The notes under the pieces were generated by a model, which saw nothing but the letters and a program-made list of their open reading frames with translations, was not told the DNA's origin and made no database searches. The translations under genes and the position numbers were made by a program. This document shows positions 1 to 13,600 of a stretch of 64,000 bases of DNA, one piece after another (the stretch's first letter is position 1; each line of letters opens with the position of its first letter). Source of the DNA: Octopus sinensis (Eukaryota); assembly GCF_006345805.1 (NCBI RefSeq), contig NC_043022.1, forward strand, positions 15,066,001-15,130,000, written 5' to 3'.

Positions 1-300
1 GAGCTGTTCTTCACACCTGCTCCAGAGCGTCGGCTGCGGGGTCACTCCGAAAAGCTCTATCTGCAACGATTTCATCTCAATCGAAGGAGAGGGGCTTTCT
101 CCGTCCGGGTTGCGGATCCGTGGAATAAGCTGCCGGACGAGATGGTGAAGATGCCGACGATCGCTCGGTTCAAAGTCTCTCTTGACCACAAGTGGCCTGA
201 ACTCTTTACATGAACACCACCCTGTACATAACTCCATGTCCCCCTACATGGCCTTGCTTTTTGCTTTTTGAGCCAAAAAATTAACTAACTAACTGACTAA
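1..300 (+). mobile_element. CR1-clade LINE 3' end (ORF2 C-terminus, 3'UTR, (TAAC)n tail)
   Basis: Translates as ...RGHSEKLYLQRFHLNRRRGAFSVRVADPWNKLPDEM..., a CR1-type ORF2 C-terminus; four near-identical copies in the window. Confidence 0.85.
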
Positions 301-388
301 ATAACTCAAACTGTACTAGTGTCTTTAGGTCTGCACAATCAGGCAAAATCATGGGCTACACAAGAACAAACACATGCACCTGTGTGTG

Positions 389-435
<47 letters not shown>

Positions 436-534
436 ATTTGCAAGTGGTTGAGTACTGCACAGACATGCATAACCCTTAACATAATTGTCAGGGAAATATA
501 ACATGGCACAGAATGCGACGGAATGTGACAAGGA

Positions 535-776
535 TGGCACGTAAAAAGCACCATTTGAGCGTGGCCGTTGCCAGTACCGCCTGACTGGCCCTCGTGTCGG
601 TGGCACGTAAAAAGCACCCACTACGCTCTTGGAGTGGTTGGCGTCAGGAAGGGCATCCAGCTGTAGAAACTCTGCCAAATCAGATTGGAGCCTGGTGCGG
701 CCATCTGGTTCACCAGACCTCAGCCAAATCGTCCAACCCATGCTAGCATGGAAAGCAGACGTTAAACGATGATGAT
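535..776 (+). mobile_element. RTE LINE 3'UTR fragment with (GAT)n tail
   Basis: tggcacgtaaaaagcacc subrepeats, ggaagggcatccagc motif, cgttaaacgatgatgat tail; same as the 3' end of the RTE at 18371-19430. Confidence 0.8.
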
Positions 777-782
777 ATATAT

Positions 783-820
<38 letters not shown>

Positions 821-1113
821 GTATTATTATTATTATTATTGTTTTTACGTATTGTATTTTTATTCGTGTAACATCGTCCGTTTTTCCGTCCTTGTTTTGT
901 ATACATTCGAGGCTTTCTTCCAAGGAATCTAATGCGCTTGGCTCAGATTTTCCTTTGGGGCTGGCCAGATCGGAGCAATCTCAAGATTAATCAGCCGAAA
1001 TTGCAAGGATGATCTGGTTCTTGACTGAAGATTGAAGGCTTTGAATGTCCCGTCCGTGTTTTTTGTATTGTCTTCTAAATGTTTTGCGTTCTTGTCCCAG
1101 TTTGTATTTTTTT

Positions 1114-1163
<50 letters not shown>

Positions 1164-2677
1164 TACATACATACACACAATTATATATACATATATACAC
1201 AATAAACTATTTGTATGCAATTTTTGAATTGAAGGATTAAATTAAATGGATAAAGGAGGTTAAGAAGGATTAACACCCACTCATTCCAGTGACACTGACA
1301 CAAGAAAGGAGCCTGGGTTGGAGAATCAGGTGAGGTGGGGACAGGAAAAAGAATACTTTCAAAGCCACTCAAGTGAGACCAGACCAAAACATTCCGAACC
1401 ACCCAAACACCCACACACACACTGACATGTGCATCCAAGCATCTACCCTCCCTCTAAACAATCCCACACTCCCCACCTCTCCAATCTTCCTGAACTCCAG
1501 GGAAATCATCTCACCACTTACCCATTTTCCTTCTGTGCAGGGAAACAGAGGATGTTTCGATGGTAAGACCATCATTCTGGGACATCCATTCCCAGAAAAA
1601 GAGAAAAAAATCCCCAGATTATTAGGCAGTGGACAGGGTTTATGGAAATTTGAGAATTTTGCTCTGGAAAAGTGCTTTTGTTTCATGAGGGAGCAGGTGC
1701 TGAGGGTGGGGTAGTGAGCCAAGGGTCAAACTCTGGCCATGAAACTTTTTCTCCCTGATTTAAGGTAACCAGGTACAGGTTGAACAAAGAACCCCTTAAT
1801 ATAATCCAGGACACACAAATACATACAGGCACATATGTATTATACACATCACATGCATATATACACACACAAATAAGTATGTATATATATATACAAACAC
1901 ACATAATACATATAAACATATATATTATACATACACCATACACAAATATACACACACCTCTTGCACATATACACATGCACACAGATATATACACACATTA
2001 TACACACACTCAAAAATACATACACACATGTATACACATTTATACACACCCACACACATGTACACACACATATACATGCACACACACACACATGTACACA
2101 CACATATACATGCACACACACATACACACACACACACACATGTATAAAACTGCTCACATATACACACATCTATACATACTCGTAAACACATACACACACC
2201 TGCATAAACACATACAAATAACACACACACACACACACATTCTACCTCTTCTCTGGCACAAAAAAAAATTGTACAAAACCCAAAAAACAAAAGAAAAATA
2301 AGGTAATTTGTGATGAGGAAATACTAAAGGGATTTAGTCACAGAGGCAAATAAACAAACAAACAAATAAATAGGGGTACAAGGGGTGGGGGAGCAAGAGG
2401 GGGCAAAAGTAAGTGAGGAAACCAGTACAAAAGAACAAGGCTGGAGGGGGTGGAGAGGGAGCTTAAAACAATCTGGCTGGTCACTGGGTTGTGTCTGTTG
2501 GTGGGTGTGGCCCACTGGAGCATGAAGTGGAAAGTAAACTAAAAGCAACTAACCCCAAGTAAACCCTACTTTTTTCACAAAACAAAATTGAGACCTTAAA
2601 CAAAAGCCAGAGAAATACCTCAGCCTGCTCAAGGCACAGATTTGAATAGCAAACACTAAATACCATCTACTCTTTAA

Positions 2678-3077
2678 TCTTTTACTTGTTTTGTCATTTG
2701 ACTGCGGCCATGCTGGAGCACCGCCTTTAATCGAGCAACTCGACCCCCGGGACTTATTCTTTTGTAAGCCCAGTACTTATTCTATCGGTCTCTTTCGCCG
2801 AACCGCTAAGTAACGGGGACGTAAACACACCAGCATCGGTTGTCAAGCAATGCTAGGGGGACAAACACAGACACACAAACACACATACAATATATATATA
2901 TACATACATATATACGACGGGCTTCTTTCAGTTTCCGTCTACCAAATCCACTCACAAGGCTTTGGTCAGCCCAAGACTATAGTAGAAGACACTTGCCCAA
3001 GGTGCCACACTGTGGGACTGGACCCAGAACCATGCGGTTGGTAAACAAGCTACTTACCACACAGCCACTCCTGCGCC
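2678..3077 (-). mobile_element. tRNA-derived SINE family A, full length
   Basis: Head with box A TGGCTGTGTGG and a box-B-like motif, CCTTGGGCAAGT, internal (TA/CA)n, GTAAAAGA tail; more than 20 copies or fragments in the window. Confidence 0.85.
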
Positions 3078-3145
3078 TATATATATATATATATATTTAT
3101 ACGACGGGCTTCTTTCAGTTTCCGTCTACCAGATCCACTCACAGG

Positions 3146-3380
3146 ACTTGAACTCAGAACGCAGCAACGGGCGAAACACTGCTAAGCATTTTGTCCAGCG
3201 TGCTTACGATTCTGCTAGCTCACCACCTTCAATAATTTCAAATTTTTGCCAGAAGGGCAGCTTGGGGGAAGGTGGGAATGAGTCAATTACATCAGCCCCA
3301 GCATTCAACTGGTACTAATTTTATCGACCCCGAAAGGATGAAAGGCGAAGCTGACCTCGCCGGAACTTGAACTCAGACTG
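3146..3380 (-). mobile_element. SINE family B fragments
   Basis: Reverse complement of gagctggcagaatcgttagcacg...gagttcaaattcc...cctttcggggtcgataaa. Confidence 0.7.
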
Positions 3381-3997
3381 CAGCAATAGACCTGTATTTG
3401 TCTTGTTCACTGACACTGACCACTGGGGTATTTCTCTTAGCTTGTTTCTGTTTAAATTATGCAGTTTACTCCAGACTAGGAATGAAGAGGCCGGGTGCAG
3501 AAATAGGGGGAAGTTGAATGAGGTGAAGGAGGAGGGAAGAGGGGGATTGGGAGTGGGGTAGAGGAGGAGAGGGGGAATGGAGAGGAAGGAGGAGGAAAGG
3601 AGACAGAAGAGGAAAGGAGGAGGAAGGGGAAGGGAGGAGGGTGGGGAGGAAGAGGCGGAGGCAGAAGAGGAGGAGGGTAGATGAGGCCCTAATGTGGAAA
3701 TTTACCATTCCATCCTTAGCGTGATAATTCCTGAGAGTCAGCAACAGAGGTTAACGAGGAGAGGTGAATGACACTGGCTTGTACTCAGAACACCAACAAA
3801 TGAAATTTAGAACACCCTGGGTGGGGGCAGGTGGCTAGGTAATTTGGTTACCTGTACTTAAAGAGGATGCTAGTTTTCGAGACGAATGAGGGGGTGGCAA
3901 GTCTGCGATGATAAGTGTTGATTTCTTTCAGCTAAGCAGATGAGAACAGAAAAATCTTGGTAAGGAAGGGTGTGGGGTGGGGGAGGAATTCTATTTA

Positions 3998-4376
3998 AGC
4001 ATGGCTGTGTGGTAAGAAGCTTGCTTACCAGCTACATGGTTCTGGGTTCAGTCCCACTGTGTGGCACCTTGGGCAAGTGTCTTCTACTATAGCCTCGGGT
4101 CAACCAAAGCCTTGTGGGTGGATTTGGTAGATGGAAACTGAAAGAAGCCTATTGTGTGTGCGTGTATATGTTTGTGTGTCTGTGTTTGTCCCCCCAACCA
4201 TCGCTTGACAACCGATGTTGGTGCGTTTATATCCCCGTAACTTAGCAGTTCAGCAAAAGAAAACCAACAGGATAAGTACTTGGCTTAAAAAGAATAAGTC
4301 CTGGGGTCGATTTGTTCGACTAAAGGCAGAGCTCCATCATGGCCACAGTCAAATGAATGAAACAAGTAAAAGAATT
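3998..4376 (+). mobile_element. SINE family A, full length
   Basis: Same head, body and tail as 2678-3077. Confidence 0.85.
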
Positions 4377-4742
4377 GAATTCCCACCATCACTTCATTTC
4401 ATTCTTGCTCACAACATCATAAGCGGAAAGTGTAACCTCTCAAAAGAGCTGTTCTTCACTCCTGCTCCAGAGCATCGGCTGCGGGGTCACTCCGAAAAGC
4501 TCTATCTGCAACGATTTCATCTCAATCGAAGGAGAGGGGTTTTCTCCGTCCGGGTTGTGGATCCGTGGAATAAGCTGCCAGACGAGATAGTGAAGATGCC
4601 GACAACCGCTCAGTTCAAAGTCTCTCTTGACCACAAATGGCCTGAACTCTTTGCATGAACACCCTCCCTGTACATAACTCCATGTCCCCCTACATGGCCT
4701 TGCTTTTTGCTTTTTGAGCCAAAAAATTAACTTAACTTAACC
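4377..4742 (+). mobile_element. CR1-clade LINE 3' end
   Basis: Same ORF2 C-terminus as 1-300; the 147-aa ORF at 4215-4658 is a SINE/LINE chimera. Confidence 0.85.
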
Positions 4743-5039
4743 TTCGTCTCATTTTTCATCTCCCATCCCCACCACAAGCTTCGATCCATCACTGCTCCCC
4801 TGTCTTACATTACTCTAATCCCCAACTCCTTGCTCTTCATCTCCACCGCCACCTTGCCCTTTGCCAATGGACATGACTGGTGCTAGGGCCAATGTGGACG
4901 CCCAAAATGGCTGATCGATATGCTAGAAATAACAGCCGAAATCCCCTTCAAACCAAACCTTTTTTTTCTTTAATTTATTGTTTAGTCAAAAGGGAAGGTA
5001 ATGCTTGTGACCCTTTGCAAGGTGTGCAAGACAAGTGTG

Positions 5040-5430
5040 GGGGGGAGAAGGGCGGCAGGGAGGGCGAGAAAAGGGGTGTGGATGAGAGGGAAAGAGGGAG
5101 GGCTGGAGAGATGGAGGGATGGACAGAAAGAGAGGGGGAGAGGACAAAGAGAGAGGGCAAGAAAGAGAGAAGGGAGGGAGGGAGAGAAGGAGGGAGAGAA
5201 GGAGGGAGAGAAGGGAGGGAGAGAAGGGAGGGAGGGAGAGAAAGATGGAGAGAAGGGAGGGAGGGAGAGAAAGATGGAGAGAAGGGAGGGAGGGAGAGAA
5301 ATATGGAGAGAAGGGAGGGAGGGAGAGAAATATGGAAGGGAGGGAGGGAGAGAAATATGGAGAGAAGGGAGGGAGGGAGAGAAATATGGAGAGACGGAGG
5401 ACAGAAGAGAATGATGGAGGGAAGGAGGGA
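5040..5430. repeat. Purine-rich GGAGAGAAGGGA-type tandem repeat
   Basis: Almost pure G/A on the + strand, with short tandem units. Confidence 0.85.
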
Positions 5431-5717
5431 GATATCTGGAAACCAGAGACCGGTTCTTGAGACTTACAATAGAGGAAGACTCTGCTAAAATGTCCTCAAG
5501 AGCCGGTATTTGAACTCAGAAAACAAAGAACTGTGTCAAATGGTGAAATTTGAACCTGAAACCGCTAGATGTTAAACATCTGCAAAGCAAATGCCATGCA
5601 GTGGGACTGAACCCACAACCATGTGGTTTAGAAGTGAACCATGTACATGCATGCGTGCGCACTCCGCAGAGTTTCTCCTCGGAAATTCCACTCACAAAGC
5701 ATTGGTCAAGCCTGAAA

Positions 5718-5940
5718 CTAGCTGGCAGACACGTTAGCACGCCGGGCGAAATGCTTAGCGGTATTTCGTCTGTCGTTACGTTCTGAGTTCAAATTCCGCC
5801 TAATTCGACTTTGCCTTTTATCCTTTCGGGGTCGATAAATAAAGTACCAGTTTCGCACTGGGGGTCGATGTAATCGACTTAATCCCTTTGTCTGTCCTTG
5901 TTTGTCCCCTCTGTGTTTAGCCCCTTGTGGACAATAAAGA
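5718..5940 (+). mobile_element. tRNA-derived SINE family B, full length
   Basis: Box A TGGCAGA, box B GAGTTCAAATTCC, cctttcggggtcgataaa domain, tail tagccccttgtgg...aataaaga. Confidence 0.85.
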
Positions 5941-6107
5941 AAAAAAAAAAAAGATATACCAGGTGATGAAATTGAACTTGGAATCACTTGGTTGGGAAGT
6001 CAACTTGTTAGACACACGCAGCTATTGTTGTGCCCCAGCTACAGCAAAAATTGAAAATATAATTTTCAAAAAAAAAAAAAGAAAAAATTAATTAATTAGT
6101 AAATGTG

Positions 6108-6606
6108 GGCACAGGTGTGGCTGTGTGGTAAGAAGCTAGCTTCCTAACCACATGGTTCTGGGTTCAGTCCCACTGCATGGAACCTCGACATTCTACTACC
6201 AACACTGCATGGCACTTTACTATAGAATCAGGCTGACCAAAGCCTTGAGAGGATTTGGTAGATAGAAACTGAAAGAAGCCTGTCGCACGCTGTGTGGTAA
6301 AGTAGCTTGCTTCCCATCCACAATGTTTCCAGTCCCACAGCACGGTACATTAGACGTATTTTCTATTACAGCCTTGGGCCAAACAAAGCCTTGTGAGTGC
6401 ATTTGGTAGATGGAAACTGAAAGAAGCCTGTCGTGTGTGTGTGTGTGCATATAGGCATAATGTGTGGTAAAGTAGCTTGCTTCCCAACGACATCGTTCCA
6501 GGTTCAGTCCCACTGCACGGTACATTAGACGTATCTTTTATTACAGCCTTGGGCCAACCAAAGCCTCGTGAGTGCATCTGGTTGATGGAAACTGAAAGAA
6601 GCCTAT

Positions 6607-6643
<37 letters not shown>

Positions 6644-6862
6644 ATGCTGTGTCTGTGTTTGTTCACCCATCATTGCTTCACTACCAATGTTGGTGTGTTT
6701 ACATCCCTGCAACTTAAAAGTTCGGCAAAAGAGACCGATAGAATAAGTACTAGGCTTACAAAAAAATAAGACCTAGGGTTAATTTGTTCAACTAAAAAAC
6801 CCTTTAAGGTGGTGCTCCAGTATGGCCACGGTCAAATGACTGAAACAAATAGAAGAATAAAA
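6108..6862 (+). mobile_element. Cluster of tandem SINE family A copies
   Basis: Three successive heads/bodies, the last running through to the tail. Confidence 0.75.
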
Positions 6863-6959
6863 GAGATTGATGGATTTAAATGTAAGTCCTGGGGTCGGTT
6901 GGTTTGACTGAATAGAACCCCTTTGAGGCGATGCCCCAGCATGGCCACAGTCCAGTGAG

Positions 6960-7122
6960 TGAAAGATGAAAGATGGAAAATGAGATGTTGGAATAAGCAG
7001 AGAGGGAGGGGGTATAAGAGATGTGAGAGAGGGGGAGAATAGAGAAGCAGAGGTAAGGGGAGAGGAGAAATATAGGGAGAGTAAGAAGGAAGACTGAGAA
7101 ATCGAAGAGAGAGGGTGTGGAT

Positions 7123-7156
<34 letters not shown>

Positions 7157-7960
7157 CTGTGTGGGCGAGAGAGAGAGAGAGAGAGAGTGAGAGAGACGAA
7201 GAGGAAATGAGAAAGGATAAAGAGAGGGGGAGTGAGAGGGAGAAACAAAACAGTATAGGAGTGAAAGAGAGAGTGTGTGTGGATGAGATGTGAAATAGGG
7301 AGGGAGTAATGAGATAGTGAGAGTAGAGAGATAGGGAGAGGTGATAGAGGGGAATCAGAGAGGGGGAGTGAGAAGGGGAGGCAAGACAGTGAATGGGTAA
7401 AAGGGAGAGGGAATGAGAGAGAGAGAGAGAGAGTGGGTGTCTATATGTGGGGGAAGTAATGAACTAATGCAAGTGATAGTGGGAGTAGAGAGAGAGAGAG
7501 AGAGGGGGGGAGGGAGGAGCAGCAGAGAAAGAAAGGAAATAGAGAGATAGAGAAAGGGGGAGTTGATAGAGAGAGGGGGAGTGAAAGGATGAAGCAAGAG
7601 AGTGCATAAGTAAGAGGGAGGGAGAGAGGAGAGAGAGAGTGTGTGTGTGTGTGTGTGTGTGTGGAAAGAGATGTGAGATAGGGAGGAAATAAGATAATGC
7701 AAGAGATAGTGGGAGTAGAGAGAGAGAGAGAGAGAGGGTCAGAGAGAGAGAGAAAGAAAGAAAGGAAGTAGAGAGATAGAGCAGAGAGAGAAAGGAAGTA
7801 GAGAGATAGAGCAGAGAGGAAAAGGAAGTAGAGAGATAGAGCAGAGAGGAAAAGGAAGTAGAGAGATAGAGCAGAGAGAGAGAGAGGAAGAGAGAGAAGG
7901 AGAGTGGATAGAGAGAGTTAGGATGTGAAGCCAAAGAAGAAGAAGAACCCCCCCCCCCCG
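6960..7960. repeat. GA-rich low-complexity tract with (GA)n and ~30-bp subrepeats
   Basis: Strong purine strand bias; gaaaaggaagtagagagatagagcagagag repeated at about 7750-7880. Confidence 0.85.
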
Positions 7961-8099
7961 ATGCCAAAAGTAAGAAATAAATGAATAAAAGAGATTAGCG
8001 TGAGAGATTAATAGTTTTATCAAGGGATGAAGGAAGGATATCAACTTTGGTTATATAATAGGGGATAGATGTAGTGAGAGCATCTGGTGGGATATCAGG

Positions 8100-8272
8100 C
8101 AGAGATATACAGCAGACACACATGTATGCACACACACACACATATATATATACATACACACATATATATACACACACATATATATATACATACATATATA
8201 CACACACACACATACATATACATACATATATATACCACACACACACACATATATATACATACATATATATAC

Positions 8273-8303
<31 letters not shown>

Positions 8304-8735
8304 CATACATATATATACACACACACACACACATACATATATATACATACATATATATACACACACACACACATATATACACACACATACATATATACAC
8401 ACACACATATATATATATACACATATATATATACACACATATATACACACACACATATATACACACACACACATATATATACACACACATACATATATAC
8501 ACACACGTGTGCAGAGATATGTGCATACATCCCCTCACACCTGTACATACATATACACACACACACTCACACACATATATACACCCACACATGTCTATAT
8601 ATACACACACCACACACACATAAATGCATGTATACACACACAAAGGCATATGTACACAGCCAGACATAAACACCCATATATACATACATATATATATATA
8701 TATATATACATACATACATACACACACCCACCCAT
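8100..8735. repeat. Compound (CA)n/(TA)n microsatellite
   Basis: Direct reading; explains the HTYI/VCMY ORFs. Confidence 0.95.
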
Positions 8736-8935
8736 ACAAAGTACACACAATCGGTGAAGAGGATGTTGCCAGCTCTGGAACCAAGATGTTAATGATAAAA
8801 AAAAGAGATTAAAAAAAAATACATATACATATTGGTGGGGGGTGGGGTGGAGGTGGAAGAGAGGAAGGAGGGAGATGGAGGGGAAGAAAGAAACGGAGAG
8901 AGAGAGAGGTAGGAAGATATATATAATGTATGTAT

Positions 8936-8988
<53 letters not shown>

Positions 8989-10611
8989 GTATGTATGTAT
9001 GTATGTATATGATAAATATCAAAGTATCATTGGCCAACCCCCAGAAGGTAGTTCGGTCGGGTGGACAGGGGTGGGAGGTAGAAGGGGTGGGGGTGGGGGA
9101 GGATTTTGGTCAGTTGTTATCAATGGTCATCACCAGATGGAGGTTGTGTGATTATTGATGCTTGTGGTGGAATACGGTGGTGCTAACAGTGCTAACGACA
9201 TACATTGTGGCCACTTGATAATGTTAGAAATAACAGCTAAATCTCTTCAAATCCGACCCTGCAATGTTACTGCTAAAATCATCCCAGATTCCCAGAGCCA
9301 AAAAGATGATTTCCCACCTAATATTATTTCAGGGTCTCTAAAATGTCTTTTCTGTCTTTCATATTGAAATAAAATGCCAAATAGAGGGCAGTACTGTCCT
9401 TACCATTTTTTAACAATTTTTTGTTTTATCGCCAATACTGGCGCTTGTGGTTGCAGTCAAACCATAAGTTACTGTCTGGCTTTGCAATGTAGAAAATACT
9501 GGCTGGTAAAGGATTATCTGTGGAGTACTCAGCCACTTGTATGTTAATCTCATGAGCAGGCTGTGCCATCGATTGGATTGACTGGAACGTTTGTCATTGT
9601 AACCAACAGAGGGCTCTGTATGTAGTGGAACGATACATAGTTTCTGTCTATCAAATTCCACTCTTGTGGCATTGGTCAGCTCAAGGTCTTAAGCTGAAAA
9701 CAGGTGCTGTGCTGTGGGATTGAACCTGGTACCATGTGGTTGCAAAACAGTCATGATGGTTTCTGACGAAGTGAAGGGAAATGGGTGCTAACAGGAATTG
9801 AAACCTTGGATGTAGACACAGTGGTTTGCCAGGAGCCAATATCTTTCTTCCAATACCATACTCACCATAGAAATGCTAGGGTGTCTATATCTATGGCTGG
9901 CGGCCAGAATAGCGGCCGCTGGGGTTCTGAAGGTTAAACATCACTTGGGACCGATATGTGGGTAAGATTTGAACTCAGACACCCAAGTTGAAAAGCAGAC
10001 ACATTGAAGTATCTTGTCCAGGATTCTGTTCCAATGTGTTAATCATTCTGTCCCTACCCACCTGGGACCACTTGCATTTACTCTTGTCATACCTGAAACC
10101 ACTCCTGGTCTTGCGATACAAACTTCCTCTTTTAAAGTGAATTGAATTAAAACTTATCAAAATTTCATGTTAATTTATGATCTAAAAACCAGTTTAACGA
10201 TGACAATAACATTTCAATAAATTATTCATTATCTTTTTAAACTAATTGAAGTGAAAACAATGCATTTCAACAGAAATACGGTAACGCAGGGATTGAAGTG
10301 ATCCAAATTGAAAATTAAAACCTTTCCATTAAGAATTCATGTTGATTAATGTTCCAAACTCCAGCTTAATTAAGACAAAAATATTTTACTTTTTTCACAT
10401 TTGGTCTGCAAGATTCTTGATGTGAATTTTTGTGTTGAAACAAATTTTGTTACGTGCTGGGAATATGCTGTGTTTGAGAAGACCAGGCAAGCCAAGTGAG
10501 ACCATAACCCGTGGCCTATGCCAGGGGTGTAGCCAACCCACTTATGCATACCTTTCCTTCATTGGACACGAAACTCTGCTTGCGAAGACCTGTAGGGGCA
10601 AGTGAAATCGA

Positions 10612-10823
10612 AATGTTGCTGTAATTTAGCCCCAGGAGACATCATCTCCAGCTGGTCATACGACACGATCTGCGTCCTTATATTTTCAAACGAGGGAATC
10701 TAGGAATATTATTTTGAGCTGAGTTGGGGTGCTAGATTCCCTTGTTCAAAAATATAAGGACACAGATCGTGTCATATGGCCAGCTGGAGATGATGTCTCC
10801 TGGGGCTAAATTACAGCAACATT
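10612..10823. mobile_element. Foldback/MITE-like element, ~92-bp arms and ~28-nt loop
   Basis: aatgttgctgtaatttagccccaggagac...ctag / ctag...gtctcctggggctaaattacagcaacatt. Confidence 0.75.
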
Positions 10824-11159
10824 CGTCCTAAACCAGGACTGCCATGTTATGTTGGCAAACAATCTTTACTCCAAAGTTATTTTTTATTAAACATAACAAG
10901 TTTGGGAACTTTTTTGATACCACTGTGTATATGTCAACAATAGGGTTGAAACGTTCAGATTTAGATTCATCCAAAGCACCAAAAGAATTTTATCTAAGAA
11001 TCTTTTCATTAACCCTTAACTGAGTAATTAAATTTCATCGTTAATCTTGTAATAATGTTAATTATATACTAAGAGAATGGAATTGGTATTTTCCACAAGT
11101 CAAGCCTTACATAATAAACACGATATAGTTCGAAATTAAAAAAATTATACATTTGTATA

Positions 11160-11451
11160 CACCGTACGTGGTCGATGCCAGCACCGCCTTGACTGGCTTC
11201 CATGCTGGTGGCACGTAAAAAGCACCAACCGATCGTGGCCGTTTGCCAGCCTCGTCTGGCACCTGTGCAGGTGGCACGTAAAACGCACCCACTACACTCA
11301 TGGAGTGGTTGGCATTAGGAAGGACATCCAGCTGTAGAAACACTGCCAGATCAGACTGGAGCCTGGTGCAGCTCCCGGCCTCCCAGACCCTGGTTGAACT
11401 GTCCAACCCATGCTAGCATGGAAAACGGACATTAAACGATGATGATGATGA
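11160..11451 (+). mobile_element. RTE 3'UTR fragment
   Basis: Same motifs and (GAT)n tail as 535-776. Confidence 0.8.
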
Positions 11452-13257
11452 TATCTACTTTCCGCAGTTAATACTAACAGAATTTCGATTGGATGTTCCT
11501 GATTTCCGCTTCAAAATGTTTCACGTCCCAAACACCAAACGCAATAATGAATAAACTTTATTTCACCAAAATTCCTCCAAATTCTTGATTATTTTCGAAA
11601 TTAATTGAATTACAGACGCAGTACTTGCCATAAGAAATATGGTAACGATAGGGTTAGGCGAAAGATAAATAATTAGATGGAAGCGAGGTGGTGGTGGCGG
11701 GGGGTGGGGGTGAGATGATCCAATTCACAGCATTGCTTGCTGAACATTCCACATTTCTGTGGCAGAGAGATAAACATTCTGGCCACGTGCCACAGGTAAG
11801 GTAGGTGTTGGCACCAATATGGAATATTTCTATGGTGAGTATGGTATTGGAAGAAAGAGATTGGCTCCTGGCAAACCACTGTGTCTGCATCCAAGGTTTC
11901 AATTTCTGTTTAGCACCCATTTCCCTTCACTTCGTCAGAAACCATCATGACTGTTTTGCAACCACATGGTGGTAGGTTCAATCCCACAGCACAGCGCCTT
12001 GGGAAATGCTTTCAGCTTGAGACCTTGAGCTGACCAATGCCACAAGAGTGGAATTTGATAGACAGAAACTATGTATCGGTCCACTAGATACAGATCCCTC
12101 TGTTGGTTACAATGACAAACGTTCCAGTCAATCCAACTGATGGCACAGCCTGCTCATGAGATTAACATACAAGCGGCTGAGTACTCCACAGATAATCCTT
12201 TCTACTATTGGAACAAGGCCTGAAAATCAGATTAATCAATTACATCAACCCCAGTGCTCAACTGGTACTTACTTTGTCGACCCTGGGAGGATGAAAGACA
12301 AAGTTAACCTCGGTGGAATTTGAACTCAGAACATAATTGTTTCTACTCTTGGCACAAGGGACTGAGAATTTGTGGGGAGGGGACTATTCATTTACATCAA
12401 CCCCAGTGTTTCACTGGTACTTTTGTTGACCCCATGAGGATGAAAGACAAAGTTGACCTCAGTGGAATTTGAACTCAGAACATAATAACAGATGAAATGC
12501 CACTTAGCATGTCGCCCGGCGTGGTAACGATTCTGCCAGCTCGCCGCCACTCGAGTTCTCCACAGATAATCCCAGTAAGCATTATCAGGGTAAGGGAGCT
12601 CCAATTTATTCCCCCTTCTCCCTCAAACTCTTATCTGAAAACCTCCTAGTCTTCCTCCCTCTTCTAATCATTGACATTCCTCGTTAAATGTCTAAAACTA
12701 GCTTAATTGCATGACAACATTAAATGGTTAAGTAATTGGTAAGTCTGTCTTTCTAGCCATTACAGTGTCATTAATGGGAGGGAGGGAAGAAGAGGGGGAG
12801 AAGGGGCGATGGCAAAGCATTATGGTTCCTACTGTGATTTGTTTCTTTGACTCCTTTATTTCAAAAGCTGTGTGTCTGTTTGGCGTCCACCACAACTCGA
12901 CAACTTGTGTTGGTTTGTTTATGTCCCTGTGACAAACACACGCATACACGTATACATATATATAATACACACACACACACACACATGTATACATATATAT
13001 AATACACACACATGTATACATATAATATACATACACATATGTATACATATATAATATACACACACGTGTATACATATATATGATATACACACATGTATAT
13101 ATACATATATAGACGCACACACGTATCATCATCATCATCGGTTAACGTCCGTTTTCCACGCTGGCATGGGTTGGACGGTTCGACCGGGGTCTGAGAAGCA
13201 ATGGAGGCTGCACCAGGCTCCATTCTGATCTAGCAGAGTGTGTGTGTGTGTGTGTGG

Positions 13258-13416
13258 GTAGGCGTGGCTGTGTGGTAAGAAGCTTCCACATGGTTCTGGG
13301 TTCATTCCCACTGCATGGCACCTTGGCCAAGTGTCTTCTACTATAGCCTCAGGCTGACCAAAGCCTTGTGAATGGATTTGGTAGACGGAAACTGAAAGGA
13401 GCATGTTGTATATATA

Positions 13417-13448
<32 letters not shown>

Positions 13449-13546
13449 AGATAAAAAGTAAAACCACAAAATATATATAATTATGAAAAGGTATTAAAAA
13501 GTTTAATATCAGATAAACCACACTTTTGTGGTTTTACTTTTTATCT

Positions 13547-13600
<54 letters not shown>

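Larger units (their letters stand above)
9508..12201. repeat. ~370-bp inverted repeat pair (9508-9874 / 11826-12201)
   Basis: The left arm is the reverse complement of the right arm over its whole length, with few mismatches. Confidence 0.85.

Noticed and set aside
940-1010. ggctg...cagcc-GAAA as another hammerhead
   Set aside because: No CUGANGA-like core upstream.
1369-1722. Minus-strand 117-aa ORF with a GTAAGT donor-like site near 1520
   Set aside because: No convincing acceptor, no recognisable domain, no neighbouring exons.
4215-4658. 147-aa ORF
   Set aside because: Chance fusion of a SINE-A tail with a CR1 ORF2 C-terminus.
7995-8784. Long HTYI/VCMY-rich ORFs here and at 1780-2301, 14008-14573, 16569-17185
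   Set aside because: Translations of (CA)/(TA) microsatellites, open in several frames on both strands.
9378-9394. ccaaatagagggcagta, CTCF-like motif
   Set aside because: Imperfect single motif with no supporting context.
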